Assembly (NCBI GenBank): GCA_016715245.1
Contig: JADKAS010000006.1
Location: 20,870-84,869 of the forward strand
Direction of reading: 5' to 3'
DNA length: 64,000 nucleotides
Source: Saprospiraceae bacterium
GTDB taxonomy: Bacteria > Bacteroidota > Bacteroidia > Chitinophagales > Saprospiraceae
Below the pieces are notes generated by a model, which had not been told where the DNA came from, did no database searches, and was given only the letters and a program-made list of their open reading frames with translations. The stretch's first letter is position 1. Every line of letters starts with the position of its first letter. The translations under genes and the position numbers were made by a program. Positions 25,901-36,762 of the stretch are shown here, piece by piece.

Positions 25901-28900
25901 TCCAACTTTCTTCCTGAAAGACACTATCGTAAGTACATCACCTTGGTATTGTGCTGCTGATTTTGATCTTCCAAGACCTTGGGAACTTCATGACAATTGC
26001 GATATCAACCCTACATATTATGTAAGTGGTCCTGGTATTGTTACGATCACAGGAAATCAAGTTGACGGATACAGAGCAAAAGGTGCTCCTAAAGGACCAC
26101 ACATTTTCTGTTACACAGCTAAAGATTGTTGCGGTAATTATAATACACAGTGTATGAGAGTAACCGTAGTTGACAGAACTCCTCCTGTACCTTCTACCAA
26201 ACAAAATATTGTTCTTGGTTTAGTACCAGGTGGACCTGGTCAGAATGAAGGCAATGCTAAATTGTTTACTTACCACGTGGACAACTATTCTTATGATATG
26301 TGTTCAGCGGTAAGACTTGAAATCAGAAGACCTGCAGGTGCACCTAAGTGTAACAACGAAGGAAGAGTAATCAACCCTGCAACAGGCGAGAGGTACAACA
26401 ACAACGTAACTTTCAACGACAACAAACCTAGATTACATGGTGATGACAACATTGATGATACAGATAATGGAGAGTTTGTTAAATTCTGTTGTGAGGATTT
26501 AACCACAGGTGTTGACATCGACGGTGACGGCGAAGTTAATATCGGATACCATGAAGTTATTTTGAGAGTATGGGATGATGGAGATATGAATGCTCAATGG
26601 GGAAGTGCAGGTGACAACTACAACGAAAGCTGGGCTTACGTTAAAGTTGAAGACAAAGCTCCACCGGTAATTCAGTGTCCACCAAACATGACTATTCACT
26701 GTGACTGGGCTATTACGTACAGTTCTGACTTAGGTACTGGTGCTCAATCTACAGTAGGCGTTGACTTTACAAAAACAGGTCTACCTACAGGATACGGAAC
26801 TTGTGGTCCACTTCCGATCAGATTCAGAGACAATACCGGTCAGTTGAACCAGTGTAAAATAGGAAACGTAACAAGAGATTTCTTTGTAGGATCAGCTGAT
26901 GTTAATGTGGCTCCTTCTTGCAGACAAGTCATCACTATCAGACCAAGTACTTCTCAGCAACCATGGATAGTCACTCCACCGAGTGCAGCTCCTGTGGGTA
27001 TTACATGCGCTGACCCTTCTGCTCAACAGATCAAAGACAACGGACCTAAGTGGGTCAACGGACCTTGTGATGTCATCGGAGAAAACATCAAAGTTCACAA
27101 ATTTTTATTTGAAGAAGGTGTTTGTGTAAAATGGAGAGTTGAGTATAACTATATTAATTGGTGTTATCCTGAAGGTCATCCTGACCATGCTAGAGGACCA
27201 TATTTCAAAGACTTTACGTTCTTCGACAATAATAAACCTGTAATCGATAATTGTGATCCTTTAATGTTTGGTGTAGATGCCAACTGCGAACACAGATTGG
27301 TATTGACTAACAAAGCCACAGACACAGGTGGATGTAATGGTGATAACGGATGGTTGAAATGGCAGGTATTCATCGACCTATGGGCTGATGGATCAGATGA
27401 TTGGGAATTCTCAAGTTTCTTACCTGTAAACAATGACGTATCGAATGCAGACAACGGAAACCTTGCTGCTATCAGAGATGATAACAATAACGGAATTCCT
27501 GATATCTATGTAGCTCCAACGTCCGAAAATGGCATTATTACGATTACCGTTCCTGAAATCATTGTTGGTAAAATGAGTAACCACAAAGTAAGCTGGAAAG
27601 TAACAGACGGATGTCACAACCACACTACTTGTCACCAACCAGTAATGGTAGTGGACAAAAAACCACCTACCCCTTACTGCTTGAGCTTAAGCACAGCATT
27701 GATGGCTGATCCTGACGGAAACGGACCATTGAGACCAATGGTAGAATTGTGGGCTATTGACTTCAACGTAGGATCATTTGACAACTGTACACCACAGGAA
27801 GACTTGTTGTTTACATTCAACAACTGGGCACCTCAGGTTACAGATACTATTATCGATGGAAGATTAGTAAATATTGACGTTCCTCACTATTTTGATGCAA
27901 ATGGTGCAGTATGGCCATATCCTACTACTAATGCATCTGTATTGACAAGTTACAATAGAGGTGATTTACAATTGTGGTTACCTAATCTTAGAAGTTCTGC
28001 AAGAGTTTGGACTGACGTTGTATTTACCGGTGGCACCAACAAAGCTGATGTTCCTGTAATGATGAGCGTATGGGATAAAAAATTCAGAGTTGATTTCTGC
28101 ATGGTTAATTTGACAATCATTTGTAATACATGTCCTACAGGTGGAGGACAAGGCAGAATAGCCGGTATCACCTCTACTGAAAGTGGACAAGGTGTTAATG
28201 ACGCAACTGTATTTATCAACAGAAATGCGATTGAATATCCTAAGTCAATGCTGACGGTAGATGGTTTATATGCATTTGATGATGTTGCACCAAGTGTAAG
28301 CGGAGCTGACGGAGTACAATTATTTGCCAACAAAGGCGGAGATTATGATAACGGTGTATCTACACTAGACTTAGTATTGATCCAAAGACATATCTTGAAT
28401 ATGGCAAAATTGGATAGTCCATACAAAGTGATAGCTGCAGACGTAAACAATGATGCTAAGATCAATACCATTGACCTTGTAGAATTGAGAAAAGTAATCT
28501 TAGGTACTTCAGAAGAATTTACCAATAAGAGCTGGAGATTCCCGACGGCAAATCAGGTTATAAACGCTGAAAACGCATTCCCTTACAATGAAGTAATTAA
28601 CTTACTTGTAAGCACAAATGATGTTGACGGACAAGACTTTGTAGCTGTCAAAATAGGTGATGTAAACGGAAGCGCATCTACAGATGTAATCAATGCACAG
28701 TCAGAAAGCAGAACAGCTTCAAGACTTGATTTGACAGCAGCTGAAAGAAGCGTAGAAGCCGGTGAAACATTTGAAGTAGCAGTTACGGCAGCTAACTTTA
28801 ATGAAATCTTCGGATTCCAGTATACAATGAACCTAAACGGAGCGAACTTCGTAGATGTAGTTTCCGGTGCTATTGAAGTAACTGAATCAAATGTTGGAGT

Positions 28901-29384
28901 AATTTCAAGTGATGTAATCACGATGAGTTATGCAGCAAGAGAAGCAGTTTCTCTAAGAGCTGATGAGGTATTGTTCACCATCGTATTGAAAGCTGACAAA
29001 GCTGGTCAATTGAGTGACATGATCCAACTTAACTCTAATGTAACCGCAGCTGAGTCTTATGTAGGTTCTACTATCAAAGTTCAGAATATCGGATTGACAG
29101 TAGGTTCTGTTGATGCAGCAGCTCAGATTGAGTTGTTCCAAAACGAACCAAACCCATTCAAAGCAACAACAAATGTAAACTTCTTCATGCCTAAAGCAGA
29201 CAATGCAAGATTGACTGTTTATGATGTAACTGGTCGAGTAATCAACGTAAGAAACATCAATGCAGTACAAGGTTTGAATACAGAAGCATACACAAGAGAG
29301 CAATTGGGTACTTCCGGTATGTTGTATTACAAATTAGAAAGTGGTGATTTCACTGCTTCTAAGAAAATGATCATCATCGAATAA
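19919..29384 (+). CDS. giant T9SS-secreted multidomain protein with N-terminal M36 (fungalysin-type) metalloprotease; two frame-break sites (about 3150 aa if repaired)
   Basis: ORFs 19919-21559, 21526-24366 and 24348-29384. Order of parts: signal peptide MSVKPNSPKFSFLVISFFLFCCSSLFAQ; FTP-like propeptide; HEYAHG...GEGWSD; FN3-like; P-domain; Big_2-like; six HYR-like 79-aa repeats; Ig-like; then the stalk shared with gene 1 and a T9SS CTD. Piece boundaries fall inside domains: GIRPTPYSTNMAINTATYD is restored by one extra C at 21510-21513, and the second break is inside repeat 4. Confidence 0.8.
21302..21400 (+). other. M36 zinc site (HEYAH ... GEGWSD)
   Basis: cat gaa tac gcc cac ggt at 21302, in frame with ATG 19919. 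gaa gga tgg agt gac (EGWSD) starts at 21386. This is the motif pair I associate with fungalysin-family M36 peptidases. Confidence 0.75.
22455..22884 (+). other. proprotein-convertase-type P-domain
   Basis: ITDVNLRNLNITHSFVGDLNIELISPMGTVVRVFQQACGGSDNILINYDDEA...GQSPSGVWTLRILDEAPLDGGTLNAWSLELC. Confidence 0.7.
23360..24785 (+). repeat. six tandem HYR-like coding repeats, period 237 nt (79 aa)
   Basis: The landmark tgtgaagg(a/c)ac... recurs at 23509, 23749, 23986, 24223 and 24462. Consensus PANG.ATVACPALAV.PT.P.V.SNCGE.LTP..PVITN.PNP.TCEGTRTYAYTYTDCEGN...W.FVYT.ER.PFT. Confidence 0.9.
28350..29381 (+). other. dockerin-like (28350-28505), cohesin-like (about 28713-29115) and T9SS CTD (29124-29381) of giant gene 2
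   Basis: NGVSTLDLVLIQRHILNMAKLDSPYKVIAADVNNDAKINTIDLVELRKVILG; TASRLDLTAAERSVEAGETFEVAVTAANFNEIFGFQYTMNLNGANF...; QIELFQNEPNPFKATTNVNFFMPKADNARLTVYDVTGRVI...KKMIIIE. Confidence 0.6.
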
Positions 29385-29409
29385 AGTTTTGACTGACAAC
29401 CATAGCAAA

Positions 29410-29447
29410 AGAAGCCCTGTTGGAAATTCCACCAGGGCTTCTTTTTT
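29410..29447 (+). terminator. rho-independent terminator of giant gene 2 (copy of 19595-19632)
   Basis: agaagccctgttgg / aaatt / ccaccagggcttct followed by ttttt. One stem mismatch relative to copy A (g to t at 29420). Confidence 0.8.
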
Positions 29448-29556
29448 AATATTAAAAACTAATTTTTTACAACATTTAACAATAAAATTCACAAATCAAA
29501 ACCTTGAAAAATATCCAACATATAGAAAAAAATATATTTTATACTGTAAATTTTTA

Positions 29557-29564
29557 TACCTTTG
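29557..29564 (+). promoter_or_regulatory. Bacteroidota -7 box (TACCTTTG)
   Basis: Exact TAnnTTTG match 36 nt upstream of ATG 29600. Confidence 0.4.
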
Positions 29565-29599
29565 CGGTTTATTTTACATTTTGAATAAAACCGTAATAT

Positions 29600-31549
29600 A
29601 TGCGTACAATTTTTAGCATCTTATTTATCCTTTCATGTTGCATTCAGACATTAATTGCCCAAAAAGACAATGAAATCCTTATGACTGTTGGAAAGTCTGC
29701 TGTCAATGTTGGTGAATTTAAATATATATATGAAAAAAATAACGGAGACAAAGCAGATTATTCCGAAAAAAGCTTGAACGAATATCTGGATTTGTATACT
29801 AATTTCAAAATTAAAGTTGAAAAAGCAAAACAATTAAAACTTGATACCATTTCAGAATTAAAAACCGAATTACAAGGTTATCGAAAACAGTTGGCAAGCA
29901 GTTATCTGATAGATAAGGAAGTTACTGAAAACCTGTTGAAAGAGCTCTACAACAGAACAAAATACGATATTGAATTAAGCCATATTTTTTTACCTGTTGG
30001 CATAGACGATACCGAGTCTAAAAAAGAGGAAATAAAAAGTCAAATGATGGCAATTAAGTCAAAAATTATTTCCGGGCAAAGTTTTGATGAGGTAGCTAAA
30101 GAATATTCAAAAGACCCCAATAATGCTTCCAAAGGAGGTTATATGGGATTCATTACCGCTAAATTACCATCAGGGTTTTACAATCTTGAAACAGCAATTT
30201 ATTCTACCAAAGAAGGAGAAATTTCAGATATTGTTCAATCAAAGATAGGATTTCACATTTTGAAAGTTCATAGTAAAAGACCGGCGAGAGGACAGATTCA
30301 GGTAGCCCATATTTTTCTTAAAAAAGATAACAAATCTGCTAAAACACTAATCGATAGTTTGTACACGGTATTAATGACGAACAATGATTTCGCACAACTT
30401 GCAGGCCAGTATTCAGAGGACAAAAACACAGGTAAAAATGGAGGAATATTACCTCCTTTTGGCATTAACACGTATGATGCCGAATTTGAAAACAATGCAT
30501 TCGCACTTACAAAAGACAATGAAATCTCCAAACCTTTTTTGTCAAAATCGGGATGGCATATTATTAAAAGAATGACTAGACCGGAACAGGACAGTTATGA
30601 TATTTTTGTTAAAAAAATGAAATCCCAAATCAACAAGGATGAAAGATTTGATTTGGCAAAATTTACATTAATCAAATACATAAAAGAAACCAACGGATTT
30701 AGAGAAAACACTTCTGTGTTGGACACTTTTATTAAAGGTTTGCAAGAGGACTTTTATTCTTATAAATGGAATCCCGAAGAAAAAAACAATGATGAAAAAC
30801 TTTTTACCTTAGGAAATTCTTTTAGTTTCACATTGGGTGATTTTACCAATTATGTGAAAAAAAATACAAAAACGAGATTAAAATACGACAAAACCAGACC
30901 AGTTTCTCTTACGGCAAAAGAATTATACAACGAATTTGTAAATGAAAAAGCAATAGAATTTGAAGAAAAAAATCTTGAATTTAAGTACCCGGATTTTAAA
31001 TCTCTTATGAGAGAATATGAAGAAGGTATTTTGTTGTTTGAAGTAACCAAAATGAAAGTATGGGATAAAGCAAATCAGGATTCTGTAGGATTGGAACAGT
31101 TTTACAATGACAATAAAATCAAGTACATTGGAGAAGAGATTGCTAAGACAACCCAATTTATTATACACACGCAAGATCAAAAACTAGCGGAAAAAATTCT
31201 TAAATATGCCAGAAAAAATTCTTCTGAAAAAGTTTTGACTAAATTCAATAAATCTACAGGAGTTGTTACCATAATGGATGAAAATTTCGAAAAGTCACAC
31301 CCGCTCATGAAAGATATCGTATGGAAATTGAATGAATCTACTCCCATGATTCATAATACACAAGCCAAACATTTTACTTTCAGAAAAATCGTTGAAATTA
31401 AAGCATCAAAAACAAAAACACTAGGAGAAGCCAGAGGATATGTTGTGGCAGATTATCAGGATTTCCTTGAAAAACAATGGGTAAAAGAGTTAAAAAAGGA
31501 ATTTCAAGTCATTGTCAATAAACCTGTTTTTACAAGTATGATAAAATAA
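29600..31549 (+). CDS. SurA/PpiD-like peptidyl-prolyl isomerase with two parvulin domains
   Basis: Signal peptide. Parvulin signatures GGYMGFITAKLPSGF...GFHILKV and GGILPPFGINTYDAEFENNAFAL...SGWHIIKR. Confidence 0.8.
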   Translation: MRTIFSILFILSCCIQTLIAQKDNEILMTVGKSAVNVGEFKYIYEKNNGDKADYSEKSLNEYLDLYTNFKIKVEKAKQLKLDTISELKTELQGYRKQLASSYLIDKEVTENLLKELYNRTKYDIELSHIFLPVGIDDTESKKEEIKSQMMAIKSKIISGQSFDEVAKEYSKDPNNASKGGYMGFITAKLPSGFYNLETAIYSTKEGEISDIVQSKIGFHILKVHSKRPARGQIQVAHIFLKKDNKSAKTLIDSLYTVLMTNNDFAQLAGQYSEDKNTGKNGGILPPFGINTYDAEFENNAFALTKDNEISKPFLSKSGWHIIKRMTRPEQDSYDIFVKKMKSQINKDERFDLAKFTLIKYIKETNGFRENTSVLDTFIKGLQEDFYSYKWNPEEKNNDEKLFTLGNSFSFTLGDFTNYVKKNTKTRLKYDKTRPVSLTAKELYNEFVNEKAIEFEEKNLEFKYPDFKSLMREYEEGILLFEVTKMKVWDKANQDSVGLEQFYNDNKIKYIGEEIAKTTQFIIHTQDQKLAEKILKYARKNSSEKVLTKFNKSTGVVTIMDENFEKSHPLMKDIVWKLNESTPMIHNTQAKHFTFRKIVEIKASKTKTLGEARGYVVADYQDFLEKQWVKELKKEFQVIVNKPVFTSMIK

Positions 31550-31550
31550 A

Positions 31551-32384
31551 ATGGGCCATAACGCTTCACTATTTAGTATTTTTGTTTTATTTTCTCTTTT
31601 AAGTTGTAATACAGACAGCAAAAATAAAGATTTGAATCCTTTGGTTAAGGTGGGTGATAAAGTTTTGTTCAATTCTGTTATAGACCAGCTTGTAACGGAA
31701 GATACCAGTCCGGAAGATAGTGCTTCCATCGTTGGAGGATATGTGGAAAATTGGGTCCGGGACAATCTGGTTATATTAGAAGCTGAAAAAAATATCCCCC
31801 CAGACCTCAATCTATCCAAACTTGTTGACGATTACCGCTCTTCACTTCTTATGTATCATTATGAAAATCTCCTGATAAAAAATCAACTTGATACTATAGT
31901 TACAAATGAGCAGAAAAAAGATTTCTACCAATCATATGGTTCTCAGTTTATTCTTTCACATAAAATTATTAATCCTTTACTTATCAAAACAGGCAATAAG
32001 GATAAATCAGCCTTTAAATTTAAAGAAAATTTTAATAAGTGGGAAACCTCACAGATCCTTGAAGCTGCTAAAAGAAATAATTACACAATTATTTTTAATG
32101 GAAATAAATGGACAACCGTTGATGATGTAAAAATATATTTGCCCAAAATATCTGCTCAAAATGGCAAGAAAGGTTACAAAGATCATCTCATTATAAATCC
32201 AAATCAATATTTTGTTAAAATACTTGGTAATTATAACGAAAATGAAATACCACCGTTAGAATATATTGATGATAAAATTGAACAGGTTATATTGAACAAC
32301 CGAAAAACGGCTTTATTGAAATCAGTAAGAGAACAATTATATCAAAAAAATATCAACGCAAAAAAAATAATCTATTATCAATAG
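31551..32384 (+). CDS. hypothetical lipoprotein between two PPIase genes
   Basis: MGHNASLFSIFVLFSLLSCNTDSK (lipobox-like LLSC). No catalytic motif recognised. Its position suggests a chaperone-like SurA N-domain relative. Confidence 0.5.
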   Translation: MGHNASLFSIFVLFSLLSCNTDSKNKDLNPLVKVGDKVLFNSVIDQLVTEDTSPEDSASIVGGYVENWVRDNLVILEAEKNIPPDLNLSKLVDDYRSSLLMYHYENLLIKNQLDTIVTNEQKKDFYQSYGSQFILSHKIINPLLIKTGNKDKSAFKFKENFNKWETSQILEAAKRNNYTIIFNGNKWTTVDDVKIYLPKISAQNGKKGYKDHLIINPNQYFVKILGNYNENEIPPLEYIDDKIEQVILNNRKTALLKSVREQLYQKNINAKKIIYYQ

Positions 32385-32419
32385 TTGTTTTCATCTCAAA
32401 ATATCTTAAAATTTATCCA

Positions 32420-33779
32420 TTGATTACATTCAGATTTTTACCCTTTATTTTATTCTTCTTTCTTCTTACAGAGTCAGGTTTTTCTCAGGACACCAATCTT
32501 CTCGACAAAGTTGTTGCCAAAGTAGGAAGTGAATATATCCTTAGCTCGGAGGTAGAAGAAGAGTTTTCTTATGCATCCAAACAAAAACCTGACTTGGGAG
32601 ATGATGCTAAATGTTCCATTCTGGAAAATATAATCGAACAAAAAGTTATTATATATCAGGCAAAACTTGATAGTATAGAAATCACTGATGAAGAAGTGGA
32701 AACTCAACTTGATTTCAGATTTGATGCAGTATTGCGTCAAATGAATGGCGATGAATCTTTTTTTAAGGACTATTATGGTGCCACAGTTTCAGAAATGAAA
32801 GAGCGATACAGAGACGATCAGAAACAGAAATTACTGGCCGAAAAAATGCAATACGATCTGATGTCAAGTATAGAGATAACACCAAAAGAAGTCGAAATCT
32901 TTTTTAAGACCATCCCGGTTGACAGTCTACCCTATTTTAAATCTGATATTGAATATTCAGAAATTGTAAGCAAGCCAATTGTAAACGAAGAAGAAAAAAC
33001 AAAAGCATTTAGTAAAATTTCAGAATTAAGAAACAGGATTGTTGAAGGAAAAGAAGACTTTGCTGCATTGGCAACAAAATATTCTCAGGACCCGGGTTCA
33101 GCAGTACGTGGTGGCGACCTTGGTTTCGCTAAAAGAGGAGCCTATGTTCCTGAATTTGAAGCCACTGTTTACACACTGAATAAAAATGAAATTTCTGAGA
33201 TCATTGAGACTGAGTATGGATATCACATCATTCAGTTAATGGAAAGAAAAGGAAACTCCGTAAAGGCAAGGCATATTCTGATAAAACCTGAAATAACGTC
33301 TGATGATCTGATGAAGACAAAATCAAAACTTGAAGAAGTAAAAAAATGGGTTGAATCAGATAGTATATCCTTTGAAAAAGCTGTTAAGGATTATTCATTA
33401 AAAACACTTCCATCATACAGTAATTCCGGTCGTGTAAAAAATTTAAATAACGGAAGCACCTTTTTTGCAGCAGATGAATTGGATGCAGACACCTACTTTT
33501 CCTTGTTTGATTTAAAACCAAATCAGCTTTCAAAAGTTGATAACTTCACCTTACCTACCGGAGAAAAAGCGTTCAGACTATTGAAATTAACCACTATTTC
33601 AAAACCACACAAAGCAAATTTAAAAGAAGACTATCACAAAATTGCAACCTTTGCTAAAGAAAGCAAAAAAAATGGAGTATTTCTACAATTGGATACAAGA
33701 AAGAAAAAAAGAAATATATATATACATAGACCCAATGTACGGCTCATGTCCAAATTTTGAGGAATATAAATCAAAATAG
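32420..33779 (+). CDS. SurA-type peptidyl-prolyl isomerase; frame break near the 3' end
   Basis: TTG start, signal peptide, parvulin GGDLGFAKRGAYVPEFEATVYTL...YGYHIIQLMERKG. The track ORF ends at 33760 with a basic, nonsense-looking tail. Removing one A from A8 33665-33672 gives ...KKMEYFYNWIQERKKEIYIYIDPMYGSCPNFEEYKSK ending at TAG 33777-33779. Confidence 0.8.
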
Positions 33780-33815
33780 TTAAATTATTTTCAAAACATA
33801 ACCGAACTGCAAATC

Positions 33816-35162
33816 ATGTCAAAACGAACGATATTACTTAAAAACGCAAATATTGTCAATCGTGGCAAAACAATGAATGCCGATATTCTTATTCAGGATT
33901 CAAAAATTGAAAAAATTGATGCTAATATCAGCTATCAGGGTAATGTGCAGGAAATCGGGCTTGATGGACTTGTTGTTATTCCAGGCATTATTGACGATCA
34001 GGTTCACTTCAGAGAACCAGGATTAACACATAAAGCCAATATAGCAACAGAATCAAGGGCAGCCATTATGGGTGGTGTTACTACATTTATGGAAATGCCC
34101 AATACCAATCCGCCTGCGACAACACAACCTTTACTGGAAGCCAAATTCAGAATTGCATCCAAAACATCTTATTGCAACTATTCTTTTTTCATGGGGGCAT
34201 CAAATGACAACCTTGAGGAGGTTTTAAAAACCGATCCTAAATCTGTATGTGGTGTCAAAGTTTTTATGGGCTCCAGCACAGGAAATATGCTGGTAGACAA
34301 TTTTACTACTTTAGAAAAAATTTTCAGCAGTTCCGGTATGTTGATCGCCACCCACTGTGAAGATGAACAAACTATAAAAAATAATATTGACAGAGCAAAA
34401 ACAAAATTTGGACCCGAACTGAAAGCGGACCATCACCCTTTTATTCGAAACGAAGAAGCGTGTTATTTATCGAGTTCCAAAGCAGTTGCCCTCGCTAATA
34501 AGTACAATACCCGATTGCATGTATTGCACATATCTACAGCGGATGAAATACCGCTTTTTTCTAATTCTATTCCATTGGCTGAAAAAAGAATTACTTCAGA
34601 AGTATGTGTACACCATTTACATTTTTCATCAGAGGACTATAAAATAAAAGGTAATTTGATCAAATGTAATCCATCCATTAAAAATCAAACGCACAGAAAT
34701 GCATTATGGAATGCATTGCTAAACGATACGTTTGACGTGGTGGCTACTGATCATGCCCCACATACCTGGGAAGAAAAGGCTCAGCCTTATATCAATGCAC
34801 CTGCAGGCCTTCCACTTGTTCAGCATGGTCTCAATATCATGCTTAATTATTACCATGAAGGAAAAATAAGTCTGGAAAAAATTGTCGAAAAAATGTGTCA
34901 TAATCCGGCCATTTGTTTTAGAATTGGCGACCGGGGATTTGCAGAGGAAGGAATGTTTGCTGATCTCGTTGTTTTAGATCCCAATAAAAAATGGATTATT
35001 GACAAATCCAATATTGCATACAAATGTGGTTGGTCTCCTCTTGAAGGAATGGAATGTAAAGGTGAAGTGAGCTATACTTTTGTCAATGGAGAATTGGTTT
35101 ATAAAAATGGTGAGGAACCCATTCAGGGTAAAGGACTTAGATTAAGATTTAAAGTAAACTAA
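33816..35162 (+). CDS. pyrC: dihydroorotase-like cyclic amidohydrolase
   Basis: VIPGIIDDQVHFREPGLTHKANIATESRAAIMGGVTTFMEMPNT...ATHCED...VATDHAPH matches the metal-dependent amidohydrolase / dihydroorotase pattern. Confidence 0.75.
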   Translation: MSKRTILLKNANIVNRGKTMNADILIQDSKIEKIDANISYQGNVQEIGLDGLVVIPGIIDDQVHFREPGLTHKANIATESRAAIMGGVTTFMEMPNTNPPATTQPLLEAKFRIASKTSYCNYSFFMGASNDNLEEVLKTDPKSVCGVKVFMGSSTGNMLVDNFTTLEKIFSSSGMLIATHCEDEQTIKNNIDRAKTKFGPELKADHHPFIRNEEACYLSSSKAVALANKYNTRLHVLHISTADEIPLFSNSIPLAEKRITSEVCVHHLHFSSEDYKIKGNLIKCNPSIKNQTHRNALWNALLNDTFDVVATDHAPHTWEEKAQPYINAPAGLPLVQHGLNIMLNYYHEGKISLEKIVEKMCHNPAICFRIGDRGFAEEGMFADLVVLDPNKKWIIDKSNIAYKCGWSPLEGMECKGEVSYTFVNGELVYKNGEEPIQGKGLRLRFKVN

Positions 35163-35195
35163 AACAGAAATCAAAATCAATTCACAAATATTTAC

Positions 35196-35203
35196 TACCT
35201 TTG
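35196..35203 (+). promoter_or_regulatory. Bacteroidota -7 box (TACCTTTG)
   Basis: Exact TAnnTTTG match 20 nt upstream of ATG 35223. Confidence 0.4.
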
Positions 35204-35222
35204 ATTTTGTACCCATACCCAT

Positions 35223-36761
35223 ATGAAAGACCTTGTCATTATTTTAGATTTTGGTTCACAATACACCCAGCTAATTGCAAGACGATTAAGGGAATTGCAG
35301 GTCTACTGCGAAATATTACCGTATAATAAGTTTTCAGCTGTTGACAAAAACGTAAAAGGAGTAATACTTTCAGGAAGTCCATTTTCAGTCCTTGACAATA
35401 ATGCTCTGGATCTTGACCTGCATCCTATCTTAAACAAGTATCCGGTTTTGGGCATATGTTATGGTGCACAATTGATTGCCCAAAAACATAATGGAAAAGT
35501 TTTAAGATCCGAAAAAAGAGAATACGGTAAAGCAAAACTTTCTGAAGTAACTGATGACATTTTGTTTAAAAATGTCCAGTCCGAAAGTCAGGTTTGGATG
35601 TCTCATGGCGATTCTGTAGAAATACTTCCAGATGCCTTTGAAATGATAGCATCAACAAAAGACATTCCTGTGGCTGCCTACAAATCAAAAAAAGATGCTT
35701 TTGATTTCCCGGTGTATTGTTTACAATTTCATCCGGAAGTCACCCATAGTCTTGATGGTAAAAATATTTTATCAAATTTTGTTTTCAAAATCTGTGGCTG
35801 TAGTGCAGACTGGACACCTTTGTCTATCGTAGAAGAGTCCATCAGGATGATTAAAGAAACTGTTAAGGACGAAGAGGTGCTAATGGGTCTTTCAGGTGGC
35901 GTCGATTCTAGTGTTGCTGCCATGTTGATACACAGAGCCATAGGTAAAAAACTTCATTGTGTTTTTATAGATAATGGTTTGCTTCGTAAAAATGAGTTTG
36001 AGGAGGTATTGGATTCCTATTACGGATTAGGTCTAAATATCAAAGGTGTTAGAGCTGGAGACCGTTTTTTGAATGCCCTGAGTGGGGTCAGCGAACCTGA
36101 AGCTAAACGAAAAATCATTGGTAAACTTTTTATAGAAATATTTCAGGAGGAAGCTAAATCTCATCCCAATGTAAATTATTTAGGTCAGGGTACTATTTAT
36201 CCGGATGTTATAGAATCCATTTCAGTCCATGGTCCTTCAGTTACCATTAAGTCTCATCACAATGTAGGTGGTTTGCCTGAAATCCTGCACCTTTCACTTG
36301 TAGAACCCTTGAGAATGATGTTTAAGGATGAAGTCAGGAAGGTAGGTCTTGCTATGGGTTTACCGGATTTTTTACTCCAAAGACATCCCTTTCCGGGTCC
36401 TGGTTTAGGCATCAGGGTATTGGGCGAAGTGACTGAAAAAAAAGTCAGACTTTGCCAGGAAGCAGATTCCATATTTATCAAGCTACTTAAAGAGGAAGGA
36501 TGGTATGATGAGGTTTGGCAGGCAGGAGCCATATTACTACCTGTTCAGAGTGTTGGCGTTATGGGAGATGAGCGAACCTATGATTATACAATAGCTTTGC
36601 GTTGTGTCAATTCAGTAGATGGAATGACGGCAGAATGGAGTCATCTTCCTTACGAACTTCTGGCAAAAATTTCAAGTGACATCATTAATCAGGTAAAAGG
36701 CATAAACCGCGTAGTATATGACATCAGTACAAAACCTCCTGCTACCATTGAATGGGAATAG
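35223..36761 (+). CDS. guaA: GMP synthase (glutamine-hydrolysing)
   Basis: GATase domain ([18 protein letters not shown]...GICYGAQL...QFHPEV), PP-loop LSGGVDSSV and C-terminal dimerisation motif ...[12 protein letters not shown]. Confidence 0.95.
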   Translation: MKDLVIILDFGSQYTQLIARRLRELQVYCEILPYNKFSAVDKNVKGVILSGSPFSVLDNNALDLDLHPILNKYPVLGICYGAQLIAQKHNGKVLRSEKREYGKAKLSEVTDDILFKNVQSESQVWMSHGDSVEILPDAFEMIASTKDIPVAAYKSKKDAFDFPVYCLQFHPEVTHSLDGKNILSNFVFKICGCSADWTPLSIVEESIRMIKETVKDEEVLMGLSGGVDSSVAAMLIHRAIGKKLHCVFIDNGLLRKNEFEEVLDSYYGLGLNIKGVRAGDRFLNALSGVSEPEAKRKIIGKLFIEIFQEEAKSHPNVNYLGQGTIYPDVIESISVHGPSVTIKSHHNVGGLPEILHLSLVEPLRMMFKDEVRKVGLAMGLPDFLLQRHPFPGPGLGIRVLGEVTEKKVRLCQEADSIFIKLLKEEGWYDEVWQAGAILLPVQSVGVMGDERTYDYTIALRCVNSVDGMTAEWSHLPYELLAKISSDIINQVKGINRVVYDISTKPPATIEWE

Positions 36762-36762
36762 G

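Larger units (their letters stand above)
25065..29452 (+). repeat. direct repeat copy B (shared stalk + stop + terminator), partner 15268-19637
   Basis: See copy A. Starts at HIPVALACN (HQPIALACN in copy A) and runs through the TAA at 29382-29384 and the terminator hairpin. Confidence 0.95.

Noticed and set aside
19919-29384. Treating the three ORF pieces (19919-21559, 21526-24366, 24348-29384) as three separate genes
   Set aside because: The first boundary cuts the M36 catalytic domain between its zinc site and its C-terminal half. The second cuts inside a 79-aa repeat unit. The downstream pieces have no signal peptide or promoter, and their track start codons are arbitrary internal codons.
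15268-29452. The 4.4-kb direct repeats as ends of a composite transposon or other mobile element
   Set aside because: No transposase, integrase, terminal inverted repeats or target-site duplication were seen. Both repeat copies are in-frame C-terminal coding sequence of large genes. Everything between them is the 5' part of gene 2.
36718-36762. Track start (36718) of the PBP-like lipoprotein, overlapping guaA by 44 nt
   Set aside because: The overlapping part encodes no signal peptide. GTG 36763, immediately after the guaA stop, begins a typical lipoprotein signal (VYLILIFLMWLGLGC), so the shorter model is preferred.
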